This document shows positions 58,218 through 61,859 of a stretch of 61,859 nt of DNA, one piece after another. The stretch comes from an uncultured Oligoflexia bacterium (GTDB lineage Bacteria; Bdellovibrionota; UBA1018; CAYHWW01): the NCBI GenBank assembly GCA_964360145.1, contig CAYHWW010000003.1:1-61859 (forward strand). The letters are read 5' to 3'. The notes beneath the pieces are model-generated. The model ran no database searches and was not told the origin of the DNA. It worked only from the letters and a program-made list of their open reading frames with translations. How positions within the stretch are numbered: position 1 is the stretch's first letter; every line of letters begins with the position of its first letter. The translations under genes were made by a program, and so were the position numbers.

Positions 58218-58976
58218 TCAGCGCCGCGAATACGGCTCGCAGTGATTGATACCGTCCTGCCACTCAGATACGCCTACCGATGGCAGGCTCTCGGGGCTGC
58301 GGTAAAGGAACGGCGAGCAGATAAAGTCGCCCGCAGCCGACCACAGTCTTTGCTGAGTGCGCTCGTAGCCTTCGGCAACGCGCACAAAGGGCACGCGCTC
58401 ATTGTAGGCATAGACTTCGCCAGTGCTGAGATCTAAACCATAGGCATGGCCGCCAGGCGGCAGGGGCTCATCGCGCAGGTAATCCCTCAGCACGACAGCA
58501 ACACCGGCGACGGCGATGGCGTGCTCGATGTCTTCCATATTGTGCTGGGCCCAATCGCGCGATGAGCCAGCCGTTGGCCACTCACCGCCCAGGATGGTTG
58601 CTTGCAGTCGCCTGAGTGGGATGTTGCGAGCTGTGAACTCTTGTAACACGCGGGGGAATGATTCTGAAGGCGATGTGGGCCCATCGGTATGTGCGAGTAC
58701 GCCCGTGTGGGTTTGCAGATCGAAGAACGTGACGACCACGCAAGGCGCCACCCCCGCGGTTTGCACGCGCGCGTGGTGGGCGAGATCTGTGATGAGGTAC
58801 TCGCGCTGGAAAACTTGGGGCGTTTCGCCATCGTCGTTGTCGAGGGTGCGCAGCTGCAACGACGGTGTAGGGCCGGGTAATGTCAACGCCCCCACAGGGC
58901 CGGGGCTACTCTCCCCCTGTTGCGCAAAGGCTGTGACGGCGAAAATCAGGGGAGTCAGCGCGCTCAGTGTGTGCAT
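58218..58976 (-). CDS. secreted CheD-like (glutamine deamidase fold) protein
   Basis: Signal peptide MHTLSALTPLIFAVTAFA. The blocks VQTAGVAPCVVVTFFD...TGVLAHTDGP, ATILGGE and GGHAYGLDLSTGEVY are colinear with CheD blocks LGSCVAV..D...GMAHVMLP, AKIAGG and GNRARSVEYNIETGK, aligned from memory. Confidence 0.45.
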   Translation of the reverse strand: MHTLSALTPLIFAVTAFAQQGESSPGPVGALTLPGPTPSLQLRTLDNDDGETPQVFQREYLITDLAHHARVQTAGVAPCVVVTFFDLQTHTGVLAHTDGPTSPSESFPRVLQEFTARNIPLRRLQATILGGEWPTAGSSRDWAQHNMEDIEHAIAVAGVAVVLRDYLRDEPLPPGGHAYGLDLSTGEVYAYNERVPFVRVAEGYERTQQRLWSAAGDFICSPFLYRSPESLPSVGVSEWQDGINHCEPYSRR

Positions 58977-59069
58977 AAACGGTGGGGAGTTTAATTTATA
59001 GTACAATTTTAGTCAAGTAACATGAATTATCTCACCTTGAATCATTACGGTCCCTAGGTCAAAAAACGA

Positions 59070-59097
59070 TAGACATACTATTTTAGTATGGTATAAT
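59070..59097 (+). promoter_or_regulatory. sigma-70 promoter with extended -10
   Basis: TAGACA (59070-59075), a 16-bp spacer, then TGgTATAAT (59089-59097), in an AT-rich spacer. Confidence 0.5.
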
Positions 59098-59127
59098 CCG
59101 CCACGTCTGATCTATGGAGGCCTTGTT

Positions 59128-59193
59128 ATGAAGAAGTATTTTTCAATGATCTTGGGGATTGCCGCCGCAATACTTGGCCGTAAGTCTAATTGA
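59128..59193 (+). CDS. possible 21-aa hydrophobic peptide
   Basis: GGAGG lies 7 nt upstream of the ATG. Sequence MKKYFSMILGIAAAILGRKSN. It sits directly downstream of the strong promoter and upstream of the gene at 59215. Confidence 0.3.
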   Translation: MKKYFSMILGIAAAILGRKSN

Positions 59194-59214
59194 TAAACCC
59201 TAAGGAATTTTAGT

Positions 59215-59850
59215 ATGAAACGTTACACATACCTATTGTTGCTATTGTCTGCAGTATCTGTCGCACTTCCCACACTTTCTCATGCGCAGTCAGCAGTTCA
59301 GCAAATACGCCTTGAAATTCCCCGGGCATTCCTAGCCCCATACAATCGTCCCAATGATATTCGTGATATTTACTTTGGTCTATGGTTCCAGTACGGATTG
59401 TTGACTACTGGCGGCACGCAGTTCGGCCCCACACCACAAGGGATCGACACAGCCAGGTCCTACTGTCAGGTTGTTATTTATAACGATCTCTTAGTGGCAC
59501 TCGAACCTCGTCGACCAACCGACCGCAGGCAGTGTGTGCCTGTTAAAGCTCAGTCTGCTGACCTGCGTTTTACTCAGTCAGCGGTCGGCCCGAATGGCTT
59601 TGACCTTACGTATGCCAATATGATTCCTCATCAGTTTAGCGATGGAGAAATCCTATCGATTCGATGCATTGGAAGCAACACCGCAGATGACTCAGGCCGT
59701 ATCCTGATCCCGTCGATGGACACACTAATAGCCCAACACATACCTTCTTCTACCCTTCGTATAGTTGGCGTAACACCTGTTGCTGCGTCATCCGACACCA
59801 CAGCCGGTGCTTCCCCAGCGGCACCTGTATCCGGCTCAGACGCAGAGTAG
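59215..59850 (+). CDS. hypothetical secreted protein
   Basis: Signal peptide MKRYTYLLLLLSAVSVALPTLSHA. GC is lower than the backbone. I recognised no domain. Confidence 0.6.
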   Translation: MKRYTYLLLLLSAVSVALPTLSHAQSAVQQIRLEIPRAFLAPYNRPNDIRDIYFGLWFQYGLLTTGGTQFGPTPQGIDTARSYCQVVIYNDLLVALEPRRPTDRRQCVPVKAQSADLRFTQSAVGPNGFDLTYANMIPHQFSDGEILSIRCIGSNTADDSGRILIPSMDTLIAQHIPSSTLRIVGVTPVAASSDTTAGASPAAPVSGSDAE

Positions 59851-59866
59851 TCCGTGAATCCTAACC

Positions 59867-59900
59867 AAGACCCCCAGGTCTGCGAAGACCTGGGGGTCTT
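59867..59900 (+). terminator. Rho-independent terminator
   Basis: AAGACCCCCAGGTCT-gcga-AGACCTGGGGGTCTT, a perfect 15-bp stem, followed by ATTTTCC. Confidence 0.75.
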
Positions 59901-59912
59901 ATTTTCCACCAC

Positions 59913-60092
59913 TCAAAACTCATCTTTTTTAGGAATACGACCAAAGGCAATGCGCGTGGGCGCAGCCTCTTGAGCTTCGTGCACTCCCGCGTAGTACAGA
60001 GTGCCGCCGCCATAGCGATCATTCACCCGATCGATGGCCCGGGCTAAGTACTCGCGCTTGGGGTTATCAAAAAGAGAGAACTGATGATCGGT
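59913..60092 (-). pseudogene. 3'-terminal remnant of a Y-family DNA polymerase (DinB/UmuC-like) gene
   Basis: The 59-codon open frame has no start codon: TDHQFSLFDNPKREYLARAIDRVNDRYGGGTLYYAGVHEAQEAAPTRIAFGRIPKKDEF*. The block SLFD...L..A.D.v..rYG..t is the usual Y-family C-terminal block as I recall it. The frame is closed upstream by a TAG at 60093-60095, exactly where the TAGCCAA array begins. Confidence 0.4.
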
Positions 60093-60100
60093 CTATCTCG

Positions 60101-60128
60101 TAGCCAAAAAATAGCCAAAAATAGCCAA
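60101..60128 (+). repeat. TAGCCAA direct-repeat array 1 (3 units, 11- and 10-bp spacing)
   Basis: TAGCCAAAAAATAGCCAAAAATAGCCAA, with units at 60101, 60112 and 60122. The A-tracts are phased with the helical repeat. Confidence 0.75.
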
Positions 60129-60301
60129 CTCGCGTAACGCCGAGTCTTTTCGGGTCACGTGAGCGCTGTGAACTGGACCGCAACTCATTGAAAACTCTTG
60201 TTTTTGATTTTGCGGACTTAGGCACTTTTCGGTGCCGACTGACTTCGGAAAATGGTTGGCTCGATCCCTAGCTTCAGAAATCGGACACTTAGTCGGATTT
60301 G

Positions 60302-60318
60302 TAGCCAAAAGTAGCCAA
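60302..60318 (+). repeat. TAGCCAA direct-repeat array 2 (2 units, 10-bp spacing)
   Basis: gTAGCCAAAAgTAGCCAAgc, immediately outside the 3' end of the GNAT gene. Confidence 0.7.
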
Positions 60319-60327
60319 GCACTGCCC

Positions 60328-60990
60328 TTAGGTTGAAAGTCGGGTCAAAACTTCCGACTCGCCGATCTTGCCCGCCCGAAACAAGGCCGCTTTTCTTCGG
60401 AGCGGGTCATGATGATAGATCACTCGAACTAGAGTTCCCATGACCTCGTCCTGCTCGAATCCGTTAATCGTAAAGCCGAGCTTCAGTTTGGCGATTAGAA
60501 CGGCGTTATTGGTGCAGATGTGACGCGAACGAATGGCGCTAAAGCCCTCTTGCTGGGAGAGTTCCAGTAGCTTCCGAACGATCGTGGAATAAAAACCCCG
60601 GCGACGGTGATCCGGTAGAACAAGTGAGCCAGCCATGTAGAAATCTCCGGTGTGCACGGAGTCTTGCCATCCGTAGCTCCAGCCCACCATCTTCCCTTCG
60701 TGCATGAGCGCTAGATTCAAGCGAACGCGCTCCTTGATCCTCGATTGGAGGCGTTCCATCTTGGATCTCTGCTCGTCAGAGAGTTGAGCCCTCCAGGGGA
60801 GGACCGGATACCCCTGGAGAAGATGCTCATTGAACTGGGCTAGATAGAGATCTTCAGGATACCGATTTACCCGAGCAATGGAGTACCCATTTTCAAGTTG
60901 CCAGAGTCCTTGAATTTCAAACCCAGATTCACCGTATAGATTCTCGCTCGATCCCAGTTCCGTATTCCCCATAAGTGCTACTCTACCCAT
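60328..60990 (-). CDS. GNAT-family N-acetyltransferase
   Basis: Acetyl-CoA motif A LVLPDHRRRGFYSTIVRKLLELSQQEG. Alternative starts lie at 61029 (GTG) and 60972. Confidence 0.7.
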   Translation of the reverse strand: MGRVALMGNTELGSSENLYGESGFEIQGLWQLENGYSIARVNRYPEDLYLAQFNEHLLQGYPVLPWRAQLSDEQRSKMERLQSRIKERVRLNLALMHEGKMVGWSYGWQDSVHTGDFYMAGSLVLPDHRRRGFYSTIVRKLLELSQQEGFSAIRSRHICTNNAVLIAKLKLGFTINGFEQDEVMGTLVRVIYHHDPLRRKAALFRAGKIGESEVLTRLST

Positions 60991-61107
60991 TTCGCCGGTC
61001 TTTGTCCGTATTCTATGATTTGCTGCCACGTTTCTTTTCGATTCGGCGACGGACGTGGGTGGTACCGACCAGTACCACCCCTGGTCGCTTTGTGGTGCCT
61101 TGCTAAA

Positions 61108-61123
61108 ATAACCAAATGGTTAT
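61108..61123 (+). promoter_or_regulatory. palindromic operator-like site upstream of the toxin-antitoxin pair
   Basis: ATAACCA-aa-TGGTTAT overlaps a TATAAA -10-like hexamer, 12 nt before the toxin start. Confidence 0.4.
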
Positions 61124-61134
61124 AAACTATTACG

Positions 61135-61467
61135 GTGAAAATCGAATTCCACCGATCCCGCTCTGGTCGTAGCTACTTTGAAGATTTCCTCGATGATCTA
61201 CACAAGGCGGATCAGTCGGCGATCTTGGCCGTTTTCGCTGACATTCGGGAACATGGATTCAATGCGCTAGGATGTCAGTTCCGCCAGATCGATGGGAAGC
61301 TTTGGGAGATCAAGATTCGAACAAACGGCGGCGGTTGGCGATTCTTCTATGTGACGTTAGCGGCAGATGTGATCCACGTCTTGCATTCGTACAAGAAGCA
61401 AGGCCAGAAAGCTCCGCCGCGAGAAATCGAAGTAGCGCGTAAGCGAATGAAGGAGACTTTAGAATGA
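61135..61467 (+). CDS. RelE/ParE-superfamily toxin, Gp49/HigB-like
   Basis: 110 aa with LWEIKIRTNGGGWRFFYVTLAADVIHVLHSYKKQGQKAPPREIEVA, typical of Gp49-like (PF05973) toxins. It overlaps the antitoxin gene by 4 nt. Confidence 0.7.
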   Translation: MKIEFHRSRSGRSYFEDFLDDLHKADQSAILAVFADIREHGFNALGCQFRQIDGKLWEIKIRTNGGGWRFFYVTLAADVIHVLHSYKKQGQKAPPREIEVARKRMKETLE

Positions 61468-61790
61468 AAACGAAAAAGACGAACGGTGTAGCTCTCGAAA
61501 CGATCTTGGAGCGGCGTCTGCAAGATCAGGAAATTCGCTTTGGCTTCGATCAGCGTCGATTCTATCTCCAGATCGCTCGCTTAGTTGCAGACCTCCGGGC
61601 GAAAGCCGGACTCTCGCAAGCGGAGCTGGCCAAGGCCGCCTCCGTCAGCCAGCCCCTGATTGCTCGTCTGGAAAAAGGCGATCAACGCCGTACCCCTACC
61701 TTCGACATGGTGTTCAAGGTGTTGAAAGCCCTCGGGTACCGAATGGAGATTCTGGCTTTACCAGAGAAGCGCCGTCGCGCAGCGGCTTGA
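61464..61790 (+). CDS. XRE-family HTH antitoxin (HigA-like)
   Basis: HTH segment LRAKAGLSQAELAKAASVSQPLIARLEKG, immediately downstream of the toxin gene. Confidence 0.75.
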   Translation: MKTKKTNGVALETILERRLQDQEIRFGFDQRRFYLQIARLVADLRAKAGLSQAELAKAASVSQPLIARLEKGDQRRTPTFDMVFKVLKALGYRMEILALPEKRRRAAA

Positions 61791-61834
61791 GTCGCTCAGT
61801 GCCTGAGCACGGATGCTCGGGGCAGCGATTCGAG

Positions 61835-61859
61835 TAGCCAAGCGGTAGCCAAAAAATAG
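61835..61859 (+). repeat. TAGCCAA direct-repeat array 3 (at least 3 units, cut by window end)
   Basis: TAGCCAAgcggTAGCCAAAAAATAG, with units at 61835, 61846 and 61857. The orientation is the same as arrays 1 and 2. Confidence 0.7.

Noticed and set aside
60093-60308. A 71-aa minus-strand ORF between TAGCCAA arrays 1 and 2, in frame with the polymerase remnant across a TAG.
   Set aside because: Its ends are translations of the repeats (LAIFGYFLATR), with no polymerase-like or other motif and no SD. The in-frame arrangement looks coincidental. Stop-codon readthrough is not supported by anything visible.
60101-60318. Whether the TAGCCAA arrays are a CRISPR array, or whether the 170-bp interval hides a tRNA or tmRNA integration target.
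   Set aside because: The units are only 7-11 bp long with no spacers of CRISPR size, and no cas genes are present. I could not fold 60130-60300 into a cloverleaf: there is no acceptor/T-arm pair and no GTTCRANYC box.

Overview
61,859-nt chromosomal window from a high-GC Gram-negative bacterium. By eye GC is about 60% over the first 47 kb and visibly lower in several genes after 48 kb. I call about 60 protein-coding genes. I found no rRNA, tRNA, CRISPR array, transposase or integrase gene. Backbone genes are gltX (3' end only), ndh, glnS, recQ, hsp20, an OmpR-type two-component pair, queA, an FAH-family hydrolase plus maiA, murF, rpmB, ansA, miaB, a gamma-carbonic-anhydrase-family gene, guaB, guaA and dnaE. 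Between them lie many signal-peptide or lipoprotein ORFs of unknown function, two HExxH metalloproteases and a trypsin-like protease. There are also two TIGR02147/DUF4423-type regulators, each overlapping a secreted protein, and a 66-aa histone-fold protein resembling the Bdellovibrio histone Bd0055. This combination suggests a Bdellovibrionota-like predatory lineage, but that is inference only. Signals worth a second look: (1) the bacterial histone gene and nearby candidate nucleoid proteins; (2) a 101-bp palindromic repeat present twice, both times between convergent genes; (3) a duplicated regulator plus secreted-protein module; (4) a 368-bp intergenic region with repeated GGAACGCAAC palindromes and a sigma-54-like promoter, plus a consensus sigma-54 promoter before hsp20; (5) a low-GC inverted-repeat (MITE-like) insert before the gamma-CA/guaB genes; (6) an AUR1/IPC-synthase-like PAP2 lipid module; (7) a GcvH paralog lacking the lipoyl lysine; (8) a secreted CheD-like protein; (9) at the right edge, a truncated Y-family polymerase gene abutting phased TAGCCAA repeat arrays that bracket a GNAT plus HigBA-like cargo. 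All family assignments come from reading the translations and motifs from memory. None has been checked by a database search.
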